Origin: a virus
Taxonomy: Duplodnaviria > Caudoviricetes
Direction: 5' to 3' (one strand)
DNA: 46,946 bases
IMG/VR virus record: IMGVR_UViG_3300037483_000880
Span: 1 to 46,946 of that record
Part shown: positions 8,173-17,981 of the stretch, piece after piece
Position numbering within the stretch: position 1 is the stretch's first letter
Layout of the letters: each line of letters begins with the position of its first letter
Notes under the pieces: model-generated
Databases searched by the model: none
Told to the model about the DNA's origin: nothing
The model's input: only the letters and a program-made list of their open reading frames with translations
Position numbers and translations under genes: made by a program

Positions 8173-9740
8173 TGCGAGAAGTACCTGGGAAAAAACCACT
8201 CATTGAACTGACCGCGGACGATAAAGTTCTTCTTGAGAGCGATCCGGTAGCTGTTCTTGAGCGTGTAAAGGCAAGGGCGCAGATTGCCGTGTTGACCGCG
8301 TATGATGGGGCCAGCCGGACGCGCCGGTCCTTGTCTGCGTGGTCCACCAGTAGCGGTGATGCCGATGCAGATATTTTGCCAGATCTTCCCTGTCTTCGGC
8401 AGAGGTCCCGCGATTTGTGCCGGAATAATCCACTGGCGTCCGGTGCAATCAATACCAAAGTTACTTCAATCGTCGGGACTGGTTTGCAGCTCCAGTGCCG
8501 TGTGGACCGCAATATTCTCAAGATGACCGAGGAAGCGGCTACGGCCTGGGAAACCAGAACCGAGGCGGAATGGGAGCTTTTTTGCAAATACTGCGATACC
8601 GAACGGACCTTGCAGTTTTCCGATTTGCAGGAACTGGCCCTGCGGTCCGCTTTTGAGAACGGCGACGTTTTTGTGACCACACCGAGGAAAAATAGACCAA
8701 ATACCCCATACGGTTTAACCCTCCAGCTTATCGAGGCGGACCGGATATGTAACGCTGATAATGCGTCTGATACAGAGTTGCTTTCCGGTGGTATAGAGAA
8801 AGACGAGTTCGGCGCGCCGGTGCGGTGCCACATCATGAAAGGGCACCCCGGAAATCTGTACTCGGTTAAAAAGAACGAATGGCAAAAAGTTGATTTTTTT
8901 GGGGAAAAGACCGGCAGGCGCAATGTTTTGCATTTGTTTGCAAAAAAGAGAATAGGCCAGTCTCGTGGTGTTCCGGATCTCGCCCCGGTTATCGAAGTTC
9001 TGAAGCAACTTGGCCGGTATACTGAAGCTGAAGTTACCGCGGCGGTCATCTCTTCCTTTTTCACCGTGTTCATCAAGAGTGAATACGGTGGTGGCCTTGA
9101 TATTATGGAGCCGCAGACGGAAGTAGGGGGAAGGACCGGTGACAAGGATTATAAGCTTGCATCAGGCGCTATCCTGGACCTGGCGCCTGATGAGTCCATC
9201 GAAACCGCTAACCCGAGCAGGCCTAACCCGTCATTTGACCCATTTGTGCAGGCGCTGCTGCGGCAGGTGGGTGTTGCCCTTGAGCTGCCTTTTGAAATAC
9301 TGATCAAACATTTTACCGCCTCTTATAGTGCGGCTCGCGCTGCCATCCTTGAGGCATGGCGGTATTTTATGCGTCGTCGTAAGTGGTTGGCCGATAGCTT
9401 GTGCCGACCGGTTTACGAGCTTTTCATGGATGAGGCCGTTGCCTTGGGCCGGATATACGCACCGGGTTTTATCAACGGTGATCCGCTTATCCGGGAGGCA
9501 TATCTTGGCTCAAAATGGAACGGGCCGGGCCGTGGCCAGATCAATGAACTGGATGAGACAAAGGCCGCCGATGCCAGGGTAAAAGGTGGTTTTTCCACTA
9601 TTGCCGACGAGACCGCGGCCATGAACGGTGGGGACTGGGAAGAGAACCACGTGCAACGGGCGAAAGAGAAAAAACGTAGGGTTGATGATAGCCTTGAACC
9701 GACTTTGGAGATGGAATATGGACCCAATAAAGTTATCTGA
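8169..9740 (+). CDS. Portal protein, lambda family
   Basis: LRQRSRDL-RNN, LQLIEADR, GQSRGVP and SYSAARA motifs. Confidence 0.95.
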   Translation: MMREVPGKKPLIELTADDKVLLESDPVAVLERVKARAQIAVLTAYDGASRTRRSLSAWSTSSGDADADILPDLPCLRQRSRDLCRNNPLASGAINTKVTSIVGTGLQLQCRVDRNILKMTEEAATAWETRTEAEWELFCKYCDTERTLQFSDLQELALRSAFENGDVFVTTPRKNRPNTPYGLTLQLIEADRICNADNASDTELLSGGIEKDEFGAPVRCHIMKGHPGNLYSVKKNEWQKVDFFGEKTGRRNVLHLFAKKRIGQSRGVPDLAPVIEVLKQLGRYTEAEVTAAVISSFFTVFIKSEYGGGLDIMEPQTEVGGRTGDKDYKLASGAILDLAPDESIETANPSRPNPSFDPFVQALLRQVGVALELPFEILIKHFTASYSAARAAILEAWRYFMRRRKWLADSLCRPVYELFMDEAVALGRIYAPGFINGDPLIREAYLGSKWNGPGRGQINELDETKAADARVKGGFSTIADETAAMNGGDWEENHVQRAKEKKRRVDDSLEPTLEMEYGPNKVI

Positions 9741-10716
9741 CGCAAAATGTAAAAGTCTGTCGATGGATGCCCCAGTCGAGTTTTTGGCGGCGGGGGAGTC
9801 GAAAGGTCCTGACTTTGTGATCCAGGCGTACACAGGGAAGACCGTTGACCGTTGGTGGGGGAAACTGGCTCTTTCTGTTGATGGTATCCGGGCCAAAAAG
9901 AAAATGCCGATCCTGCGGGACCATGACCGCGGCAAAATAGTAGGGTTTTCCACGGAGTTCTCGAAAGACGGGGTGTTTACCGTCAGTGGGAATTTTTCCA
10001 AGAAAACATCGGATGCCGAGGCGGTCCGTGGGCTGGCGGAAGAAGGGTTCCCGTGGCAGGCCTCCATCGGAGTACGGCCCCTTAAAATTGTTGAGTTGAA
10101 AGCTGGGTCGGACATGATGGTTAACGGCCGCAAGTTGATTGGCCCTGCTGAGGTGTGGATGGAGTCGGAAGTTTCGGAAACTTCCTTCGTACCACTGGGG
10201 GCCGATAATAATACGTCTGTTGCAATGTTGTCCGATTTCGATGAAGTTGCCCAAGAGGCAAATCAAAATCCACGGGAAGGAGAAAAACCTATGGAAATTA
10301 CACTGGAGATGTTGAAGGGAAAAGCTCCGGAGCTTCTTGAGCAAATCAAGAAAACCGGAGCGGATGCGGAGAGATCCCGCATTCAGGAAGTCCTGGAAGT
10401 GGCCATTCCCGGACATGAAAAAGTGATTGAAAAACTTGCTTTTGATGGCGTGACCACCGGGCCAGAGGCTGCGATGGTCATCCTTAAAGCTGAGAAGCTG
10501 GCCAGGGAAACACTGCTAAAAAATCATGATGCAGATGCCCCGCCAGCTCTCAAACAGCCGGCTCCATCTGACACCGATAAGATCCCTGAGAATCTCAAGG
10601 GTGAAGAACGGTGGAAAGCTGAGTTTGAAAAATCGTCCAAACTGCAAGAAGAGTTTGGTACTGCTGACATTTACATCGGCGCAATGAAGGCCGATCTTGC
10701 AAGGGGGAATAGATAA
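9718..10716 (+). CDS. Prohead protease/scaffold
   Basis: AYTG, PILRDHD, WQASIG, ETSFVPLGAD; helical C-terminal region. Confidence 0.85.
   Translation: MDPIKLSDAKCKSLSMDAPVEFLAAGESKGPDFVIQAYTGKTVDRWWGKLALSVDGIRAKKKMPILRDHDRGKIVGFSTEFSKDGVFTVSGNFSKKTSDAEAVRGLAEEGFPWQASIGVRPLKIVELKAGSDMMVNGRKLIGPAEVWMESEVSETSFVPLGADNNTSVAMLSDFDEVAQEANQNPREGEKPMEITLEMLKGKAPELLEQIKKTGADAERSRIQEVLEVAIPGHEKVIEKLAFDGVTTGPEAAMVILKAEKLARETLLKNHDADAPPALKQPAPSDTDKIPENLKGEERWKAEFEKSSKLQEEFGTADIYIGAMKADLARGNR
10291..10716 (+). CDS. Probable nested in-frame scaffold protein
   Basis: GGAAGGAG RBS before in-frame ATG 10291, as for lambda Nu3 and Mu Z. Confidence 0.6.
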   Translation: MEITLEMLKGKAPELLEQIKKTGADAERSRIQEVLEVAIPGHEKVIEKLAFDGVTTGPEAAMVILKAEKLARETLLKNHDADAPPALKQPAPSDTDKIPENLKGEERWKAEFEKSSKLQEEFGTADIYIGAMKADLARGNR

Positions 10717-11483
10717 TGACCACTTTAGCTACCAATACACCCCGTGATTATGAGATAGGTGAGCGCGGGTCTCTGCCGGTAATCGCCGCTGATATCATCT
10801 ACGAAGGCGCGGCCGTTGGTCTCGTTGTCGGCACCGGGCATGCCAGGCCGCTGACCTCTGTTGATGTTTTCGCCGGTTTTGCTGAGGACAAAGCAGATAA
10901 CTCCCTGGGAGCAGCTGCCGCGATCTATGTCGATCTTATTAAGAAGGGTGCCGTCAAGCTGGCTGTTACCGGTGCAGTGATCACTGATATCGGTCAACCT
11001 GTTTACGCCACTGACGATAATACCTTTACCTTTACCCCGACCTCAGGCGTGTTTATCGGGTTTTTCTCCCGCTTCACCGCTGCCGGTTACGGCATCGTGG
11101 CCTTCGATGTGGAAGCCTACCGCGATCCATACGGTGACAAAGTTCGCGAGACGCTGGCCGCTGCAACCCTTACCCTGGACGCACAGGATACCGGTAAGTA
11201 CATTTTCTGTACCGTCACCACCGTTGTAACCCTGCCGGCAACCGCTACAGCCTTGGCCGATGTGACCCTTGTATGTATGGCCCCGTTCGGTACCGCACAG
11301 ATTAGCGCCAGCCCGGCCGCTGATGATAAAATCATGGGACCAAATCTTGCCGGAGCAAACGATAAAGATTTGATCAACACCCTGGCTACCGCCAAGCGCG
11401 GCGACCGTGTGACTTTGACAGCCGGACACACTGATGGGTACGTTACTAATGCACTGGTCGGCACTTGGGCCGCTGAAGGTTAA
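10716..11483 (+). CDS. Capsid decoration/cement protein (DUF2190-like) with C-terminal extension
   Basis: IYEGAAV, DIGQPVYATDD motifs; precedes major capsid. Confidence 0.7.
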   Translation: MTTLATNTPRDYEIGERGSLPVIAADIIYEGAAVGLVVGTGHARPLTSVDVFAGFAEDKADNSLGAAAAIYVDLIKKGAVKLAVTGAVITDIGQPVYATDDNTFTFTPTSGVFIGFFSRFTAAGYGIVAFDVEAYRDPYGDKVRETLAAATLTLDAQDTGKYIFCTVTTVVTLPATATALADVTLVCMAPFGTAQISASPAADDKIMGPNLAGANDKDLINTLATAKRGDRVTLTAGHTDGYVTNALVGTWAAEG

Positions 11484-11494
11484 GGAGAACTGAT

Positions 11495-12442
11495 ATGGAT
11501 AAATTAACCAGTAGAGCCGTCCGAGGGATGCTTTACAATGCGCTCTCGGTAGATGCCGGGATCGGCGTTGTGGACGCCATCTCAAACTATTTTACTTCCG
11601 ATCAGGCTGAGGAAATTTATGCCTTTCTCAGCCAAAGCCCGATGTTGCGGGAGTGGGTCGGCGGTCGTAATGCTAAAGGGTTGAGGGAAAACAATTTCTC
11701 CATCCGCAACAAACACTTTGAGGCTACACTCAAGGTAACGCTGTCTCAGCTTCGCCGGGATAAGAGTTCGCAGCTTCAGATGCGTATCAACGAACTGGCC
11801 AGGCGTAATAGTTCCCACTGGTACTCCCTCGTGTCGGCGCTTCTGGCTGCCGGTGAGACCGGTGTTTGCTATGACGGTTTGTATTTTTTTGATACCACTC
11901 ATTCCGAGGGAGACAGTGGCACCCAGTCTAATCTGCTGTCCATTGATATCAGCGGGTTCCCCATTGTTACATCCGGAACAGCCACCCTGCCGTCCGTTGC
12001 CGCGTATCAGTTCGCTATCGCGCAGTGTGTTCAGCAGATTGTCGGCTTTAAGGATGATCAGGGCGAGGCATGTAATACCGATGCTCGCAACTTCTTGGTT
12101 ATGTGCCCCGTTGCACATATGAATGTCGCCATGCAGGCCGTAGCCACCCCGGCGCAGGTTGCTGAGACGCAGAGCGCGTTGCAGGCGCTCAAAGGTAAAT
12201 TCAGCATCAGCGTGGAGCCCATCGTTGGTTTGTCCACTTGGACGGATTCCTTTGCGGTGTCTCGGACGGATAGCAATTTCAAACCGTTCATTCGTCAGCA
12301 GGAAACCGACATCAGTATCAAGACCAAAGGTGAAGGGTCCGACTACGAGTTTGACAATGATGCCCATATGCACGGTATCGACGTGTGGCGGAATGCCGGT
12401 TACGGTGATTGGAAAAATATCGTTAAGGCGACAATGGTGTAA
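11495..12442 (+). CDS. Major capsid protein, Mu gpT-like
   Basis: LREWVG, NKHFEATL, CYDG-YFFDT-H, KPFI-Q, AGYG-W motifs. Confidence 0.9.
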   Translation: MDKLTSRAVRGMLYNALSVDAGIGVVDAISNYFTSDQAEEIYAFLSQSPMLREWVGGRNAKGLRENNFSIRNKHFEATLKVTLSQLRRDKSSQLQMRINELARRNSSHWYSLVSALLAAGETGVCYDGLYFFDTTHSEGDSGTQSNLLSIDISGFPIVTSGTATLPSVAAYQFAIAQCVQQIVGFKDDQGEACNTDARNFLVMCPVAHMNVAMQAVATPAQVAETQSALQALKGKFSISVEPIVGLSTWTDSFAVSRTDSNFKPFIRQQETDISIKTKGEGSDYEFDNDAHMHGIDVWRNAGYGDWKNIVKATMV

Positions 12443-12467
12443 TCAGTAACGAAGCGGTGATTTAAAC

Positions 12468-12496
12468 CGGCCGGGCCATAAACCCGGCCGATTTTT
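12468..12496 (+). terminator. Hairpin/terminator after the capsid gene
   Basis: CGGCCGGG-ccataaa-CCCGGCCG plus ATTTTT. Confidence 0.65.
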
Positions 12497-12509
12497 AAGG
12501 AGAGATGAC

Positions 12510-12854
12510 ATGAAACGGTACAAAACAATCGACACGGTGCAGCTTTTTTCCGGCCTGATCGGTCTTGACGCACGGCAGGCCAAGCCACGCCTTAATGTTG
12601 GGCAGATTGTCCCTGCCGGTATTGGAATTTACGAGATTATTACCCAGGTCCAGTTTAAGGCCGGCGAAATTATCTTGCTTGATGACCCAAAGGGACCTGC
12701 GCGTTCTTTGGAGTGTCTGGATATTGACCTACCACCCAGTGATCCCACCCCGGCCAGTGAGTCCACCCCGGATTCCCAGACCAGTGAGCCTCCGGCGGTG
12801 GAGTCGAAACGTTCACCCGGTCGGCCGGCTATTGCCCGAGGAGGCCGGAAGTAA
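12510..12854 (+). CDS. Head-associated hypothetical protein
   Basis: AAGGAG RBS; VQFKAGE motif; Pro/Ser-rich tail. Confidence 0.65.
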   Translation: MKRYKTIDTVQLFSGLIGLDARQAKPRLNVGQIVPAGIGIYEIITQVQFKAGEIILLDDPKGPARSLECLDIDLPPSDPTPASESTPDSQTSEPPAVESKRSPGRPAIARGGRK

Positions 12855-13160
12855 ATGGCTTTTACCGAAGACATGACGGTGTTTTTTGACACCAAGGATT
12901 TTGCTGTCAGTGGGGATTTGCACCAGGTAAAAGATGGCAGTGGCACTGATGTAAACGGTAATTTTGATGAGGAAAGCGTTTTTGTTGATATCGGTTACTC
13001 CGGGGTTGATTCTTCCGGCCCGTCTTTCACTTGCGCCACATCGAGCATCAGTAAGACGCATAAAAACTGGTATCTGAACGTCAATAGTACCGAGTACAAA
13101 ATTATTCTGGTTCATCCGGATGGTTCTGGGGTGTCAATCTGCCAACTTGAGGAGACATAA
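12855..13160 (+). CDS. Head-tail joining protein (FII-like)
   Basis: MAF-ED..FFD..DFA and HPDGSGV motifs; synteny. Confidence 0.7.
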   Translation: MAFTEDMTVFFDTKDFAVSGDLHQVKDGSGTDVNGNFDEESVFVDIGYSGVDSSGPSFTCATSSISKTHKNWYLNVNSTEYKIILVHPDGSGVSICQLEET

Positions 13161-13606
13161 TGGCGGATCATGCGAGGGAACAGATCAGGGACAAGGTAGT
13201 TGCAAAAGTAACCGGCCTTACCACTACAGGCACGAGGGTTTACCCGTCCCGTAAGTACCCGCTCGATGACGACTTGTTTCCCGGCTTGTGTGTCTATACG
13301 TTGAACGAGGTCATTGATGAAGAAGAAGGAAAACTTGCCGGTATCCAGTTCCGTTCAGTTGATATCGTTATTGAGGGGTATGATGCTTTGGTGGCTGGGC
13401 TGGATGACAAGATGGGTGATATTGCGACCGAAGTGGAAACATCCCTTTTTGCGGACCGGTTTTTAACCGGATCTTTGTCCGCACTCGATCTTGTGAGCAC
13501 CGAGGTTGATTTAAACGTTGAGGCGGCTAAGCCCGTCGGTATGATAAAATTAACATTTAAGGCGCAATATCTAACTGCGGAAGGCGCCCCCACCGTTACT
13601 CTGTAG
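13160..13606 (+). CDS. Tail terminator/completion protein
   Basis: HAREQIRD, RVY-SR, IATEVE motifs; precedes tail tube. Confidence 0.7.
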   Translation: MADHAREQIRDKVVAKVTGLTTTGTRVYPSRKYPLDDDLFPGLCVYTLNEVIDEEEGKLAGIQFRSVDIVIEGYDALVAGLDDKMGDIATEVETSLFADRFLTGSLSALDLVSTEVDLNVEAAKPVGMIKLTFKAQYLTAEGAPTVTL

Positions 13607-13616
13607 GAGGATTATA

Positions 13617-14783
13617 ATGACCACAAATGCGATTGCAATTGCCCGTCAGCAGGTAATTTTTGCGAAAAAAGAAACTACGGCCGGCACATTGGTTTTCCCT
13701 GCTGGCACGGATGTCGTTGTTGCGGCGGGTATTGGTTCAATAATTCAGCAACCATCTTTCACTGATTCAGATGAGATTGTTGATTCACGGGACATTTTGG
13801 CCCGGTTCCAGGATAGAACCCCTGCGGGGGATTGGTCATTTCCGGTTTACTCCAGGCCATCCGGGACAGTAGGGACCGCGCCATCAGAGGACGTCCTGAT
13901 GGAAAGTTTAACGGGCGACAAAACCGTTAACGCTGGGACATCCGTGGTTTATTCTCTGGCCACCACAAAGCCATCTTTCTCCCTGTGGATGAAAAAGGGC
14001 CATACCGTATTTTTCGCTTGGGGCTGCACCGCAGGAGCACTGAAGTCCAGTCTTGAAACTAAGGGCGGCCACAAGCTTGAATTTTCCGGTCAGTTTATGG
14101 GTATGGGTTGGGCGGGGACCGATACGCTCGACGAGGCGGCTTTAATCGGTGCTGAGGACGTGGTGGTCCATAACGCCAAGAAATTTTCCGTCGGCGCCCA
14201 TGTTGAATTTGTTGAGGGAACGACAGTGTATGACGCGACAACCGGGTACACCGTGACTGATGTCGTTATCGCCACCAATACCATCACCGTCAGTCCAGTA
14301 CTTGAGGCTGCGCTCGATGATGAAAGTATTATTCGACCATATTTGCCCACTGCGTCAGCGGTCGGCACACCGCTTGGAAACCGTAAGGGGTACGCAACAG
14401 TAGACACAGTTACCACCCCTCTGCGGTCGATGAGCCTTAATATTTCAGATGCACCCAAGTATCTTGACGATGAAATTACCAGCGATGATTTTCCTACTGC
14501 TTATGTTGAAACGAAACGGGCGGTTGATGGGTCAATTGATGTTTATTTCCGGGAAAATGACCTAAAATATTTTTATGACGGGTATAATGCCAGCTCTTCC
14601 GGCGATGTGGCCTTGAAAATGATCGTTGGGACCACTGCTGGGTCGATTGTTACCTATGACATGCCAACGTCCAGCCTTAGTGTCCCGGCCCCCGAAGATG
14701 CCGATCCTACGGTGGCGCTCAATATACCATATAAGGCCCTTGGCAGCTCCGGTGAGGATTCCATTTCAATCACCTATACCTGA
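13617..14783 (+). CDS. Major tail (tube) protein
   Basis: 388 aa, Thr-rich; position before chaperone and tape measure; no sheath gene. Confidence 0.75.
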   Translation: MTTNAIAIARQQVIFAKKETTAGTLVFPAGTDVVVAAGIGSIIQQPSFTDSDEIVDSRDILARFQDRTPAGDWSFPVYSRPSGTVGTAPSEDVLMESLTGDKTVNAGTSVVYSLATTKPSFSLWMKKGHTVFFAWGCTAGALKSSLETKGGHKLEFSGQFMGMGWAGTDTLDEAALIGAEDVVVHNAKKFSVGAHVEFVEGTTVYDATTGYTVTDVVIATNTITVSPVLEAALDDESIIRPYLPTASAVGTPLGNRKGYATVDTVTTPLRSMSLNISDAPKYLDDEITSDDFPTAYVETKRAVDGSIDVYFRENDLKYFYDGYNASSSGDVALKMIVGTTAGSIVTYDMPTSSLSVPAPEDADPTVALNIPYKALGSSGEDSISITYT

Positions 14784-14791
14784 TAACCTAG

Positions 14792-14857
14792 TCCCCTGAA
14801 AGCTCCTTCCGTGTCGGTTGGAGCGAGTAAGGGGAGTTTTATTTAACCGACACGGAG
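14792..14857 (+). promoter_or_regulatory. Structured element (putative pseudoknot) covering the chaperone RBS
   Basis: Loop TCCGTGTCGGTT 14808-14819 is complementary to AACCGACACGGA 14845-14856. Confidence 0.6.
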
Positions 14858-14864
14858 AACGATT

Positions 14865-15212
14865 ATGAAATTACGAACAAAACGCGCCAAGGTGGTAGTC
14901 CAGGAAGAGGGAGCCAATTTTATTTTTGATCTGCCTATGCCTTCAGAGCTTGAAGAAATTAACGATCGGCATACCGCCGGTCTGGATGCTGATGGCGAAA
15001 AGGTAACAGATAATCGGGAAGTTATCAAAGAACTTTGGTGCAAACATCTCGCATCGTGGAACGGGGTGGATGATGAGGAGAAAATTCCGCTTACCTGCGA
15101 CGCCGAGACCCGTGTGGCCACATGGATGGCCGACACCGCCCTTTGTATCAAGATCGTAAACGAAGCGTTTAGAATGGTCAAAGGTCGGGAGGATCTGGCC
15201 GAAAAAAACTAA
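14865..15212 (+). CDS. Tail assembly chaperone (gpG-like)
   Basis: WNGVDD motif; ends in slippery A AAA AAC TAA. Confidence 0.8.
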   Translation: MKLRTKRAKVVVQEEGANFIFDLPMPSELEEINDRHTAGLDADGEKVTDNREVIKELWCKHLASWNGVDDEEKIPLTCDAETRVATWMADTALCIKIVNEAFRMVKGREDLAEKN

Positions 15213-15508
15213 TCGCATGGGGAGAGTGGTATCTTAAACCGGGCAGAACCTCCTCATGCTGCGAATGCCTGGATGTTTGGACCTGGGACGCGCCGTGTGA
15301 TGATTGCCAGCAACCGGAGTACCTCTTCCGGGAAAACGCGGCGGCCTGGGAAGCATGGCTTTTCTGCAATACGAATGGCCGTGAAGGAACGGCCGGCGGC
15401 ATGATGATATCAGAGATCGTGGCCGCCCTTGGTAGCCGGGACGATCTTCACAAAGTTGTTAAACTTGAATCGATAGCCAAAACGTACAGAAAGGATTCCG
15501 ATGGATAA
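14865..15508 (+). CDS. -1 frameshift tail chaperone (gpGT-like)
   Basis: Heptamer at 15203-15209; the -1 frame stays open to TAA 15506-15508, overlapping the tape measure start. Confidence 0.75.
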
Positions 15509-17981
15509 CATCAGGTTTGACATAAACGCCACTGATAAATCCAAGCCAGCCTTTGATTCAGTTCGCGGTTCTGCGGACAAAACTTCTACATCAGTAAAAC
15601 AGTTTGACCGTAATGTTGGCGAACTGACGGGGAGAATCCTCCAATCAGCCCCGGCGTTTGCCATCGCAACAGCGGCTATTGCCGGGGTATATGAGGCGTT
15701 ACGTCTTGTGACGTCAGAACTTACCACAGGATTCAACGCGGTTGAGGATTACCGGAATAGCGTTCTTCAGATGGCCGCTATAATGACCACTTTTTCCCAA
15801 AAAGCGAAGGACGGTGATCTTGCCGGCGGGTGGAAGGACTCACACGCTTATGCTGAACAGTTGATCAGTGACCTAGAAATTATTGATGCAAAATCGTCCG
15901 CGTCTGGCGACCAGATCCGCGATATGGTCCGATCATTGACCAATCACCGGGTGATGGTAAATACGAACCTTAAGGAGGAACAAGAGGCCGTTATAGCCTT
16001 AGCCAATACCATTAAAGCGTTGACCCAAGGCCAGCAGAACGCAAACCTGCAGTACACCCAGGAAATAAACGCTCTCATGACCGGGATGTCCCGTCCAGGC
16101 GATCGTTTGGTTCAGAATCTTGAGGCGGCCGGCCTGAATACCAAAAAATTTGCTCAGGACCTTAAGCAGGGAAAAGCCACGATTGCCGATATTATCCCTT
16201 ATCTTTCCGGGTTTAAGGCGGCGAGCGATGAGATAGCCGGGTCGTGGGATGCCATTTGGTCCACCCTTGTGACTATAAATAATCGCGTTTTACGGGAAGG
16301 ATTTAAACCGATTGTCGAGGACATTAAGGATCTCGGGAAGGATATTATTGGTATTTATACAGATCAAAATGGCCAGTTGAACGAGCAAGGGAAAAGCCTT
16401 CAGGATGATATAAAAGGAGGGTGGCAATCAATCAAAGATCTGACCAAAGATTACGGCCCGCAGTTGCTTTATATACTTGAATTGTTGGCGGCTTGGAAGG
16501 TGTCGCAGTTAGCGATAAATGTTCTTGTCGGTAAAAATCCTTATGTACTGGCTGCTGCTTCGATAGTGGTTTTGAATGAATCTCTACATAAATTCCATCT
16601 TGGGATGCAGGATTCAGCAGGTAGCGCTGCAGAACTCGCCACAAATATAAAAAATATTTACGAAGTGATGAAGGGGGCCAGGGACGCAAATACCGGGTTT
16701 TCTGCGGATGATTTGTTTAAGCCGAAAGAGTGGTCGGGGTCTTCCCGCGCCCAACCCCCAAAACTTGCCGATGCGCCTTTGGGCGATGACGAAGCTAAGG
16801 CCATTCAAAAAACCCGCGAAGAGTGGGAAAAAACTACCGCCTCTCTTTCCAAGCAAGTCACCCTTGGCGGGCTAACCGGGCTCGCCAAAGAATTGAAACA
16901 GCTCAGTATCGAGCACGATGAGACTGTTGCGAAATTTAAAGGTTTTGATACTTCCGGCATCGACCGTTTTTATGAAGAGTTGGCCGGGCAGGCGCGGGTT
17001 AGCGCCATTGAAAAAATTGATACGGATCTGAAGAGTTTTTTTAGGGATATTGATAGTTTCACCAGAGATGCCGATATTGACAACGCGCTTACAGACTTTT
17101 TCCAAGGGCTTGATGAAACAGCGGTATTTCTTCAAAAACAGAAAGAGTTGATAGAAGAACTCAACACCGCAGCACTGCCAGAACATGCCAGACAGATCGA
17201 AGAAATTACCGGAAAATACCGGGGGCTTGACAAACAATTAACTGACCTCGTTTCTTCCGGGGCGTTGTCTTTTGAAGATGCCACCAAAATTGATTTGGGC
17301 TTGGCTGCCAATTGGCAGACCGAACTGGATGACGTGGAAAAAATCACGCTCGATACAACAGATAATATATCCGCTTTCTGGGAAGAGGCTCAGCGGGATA
17401 TGCAGAGCACGAGCAAGTCATTATTTTTCGACATCATGAAGGGGAATTTTGATGATTTAGGTTCCAGATTCGCGGATATGATATTTGACATGTTGGCTAA
17501 CTGGCAGGCCGCACAATTGCAAATGGCTCTTTGGGGCAATGACTCAAGCTCCGGCGGCGGTTTCGGTAACGGTTTGATCGCTGCCGGAGCAGATTATTTC
17601 TTTTCAGGCGCTGCAACAAATGCCGGAGTTGACGCAGCATTGACCAATTTCTTTTCTTTTCATTCTGGCGGAAAAGTCGGGGTGGATGGTTCTCCCGGGG
17701 TCGCGTCTTCTTCGCTTTGGAATAATGCGCCGCGTTTCCACTCAGGGCTTGCCGGCGATGAATTCCCGGCAATTTTGCAGCGCGGGGAGACGGTTATCCC
17801 GAAAGGAAAAGCGGATACGCCAACGCCAAAAATAGAGGAACAGCACGTCCATGTGCATTTAACCGTCAATGCCCTTGATTCCCGATCTGTATCTCAGGCG
17901 ATTGGTCAGCATTCAAGACAAATAGTCGGCATCGTTCAGCAGGGTTTTAACCGGGCCGGGCGAAAGGTGGCAATGGCATGA
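15501..17981 (+). CDS. Tape measure protein
   Basis: 826 aa, helical; I-ATDK-K-AF start; APRFHSG..DE-PAILQRGE-V C-terminus. Confidence 0.9.
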   Translation: MDNIRFDINATDKSKPAFDSVRGSADKTSTSVKQFDRNVGELTGRILQSAPAFAIATAAIAGVYEALRLVTSELTTGFNAVEDYRNSVLQMAAIMTTFSQKAKDGDLAGGWKDSHAYAEQLISDLEIIDAKSSASGDQIRDMVRSLTNHRVMVNTNLKEEQEAVIALANTIKALTQGQQNANLQYTQEINALMTGMSRPGDRLVQNLEAAGLNTKKFAQDLKQGKATIADIIPYLSGFKAASDEIAGSWDAIWSTLVTINNRVLREGFKPIVEDIKDLGKDIIGIYTDQNGQLNEQGKSLQDDIKGGWQSIKDLTKDYGPQLLYILELLAAWKVSQLAINVLVGKNPYVLAAASIVVLNESLHKFHLGMQDSAGSAAELATNIKNIYEVMKGARDANTGFSADDLFKPKEWSGSSRAQPPKLADAPLGDDEAKAIQKTREEWEKTTASLSKQVTLGGLTGLAKELKQLSIEHDETVAKFKGFDTSGIDRFYEELAGQARVSAIEKIDTDLKSFFRDIDSFTRDADIDNALTDFFQGLDETAVFLQKQKELIEELNTAALPEHARQIEEITGKYRGLDKQLTDLVSSGALSFEDATKIDLGLAANWQTELDDVEKITLDTTDNISAFWEEAQRDMQSTSKSLFFDIMKGNFDDLGSRFADMIFDMLANWQAAQLQMALWGNDSSSGGGFGNGLIAAGADYFFSGAATNAGVDAALTNFFSFHSGGKVGVDGSPGVASSSLWNNAPRFHSGLAGDEFPAILQRGETVIPKGKADTPTPKIEEQHVHVHLTVNALDSRSVSQAIGQHSRQIVGIVQQGFNRAGRKVAMA

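Noticed and set aside
8096-12373. Long minus-strand ORFs (8096-9145, 9733-10416, 11582-12373)
   Set aside because: Antisense shadows of well-supported structural genes, with no motifs
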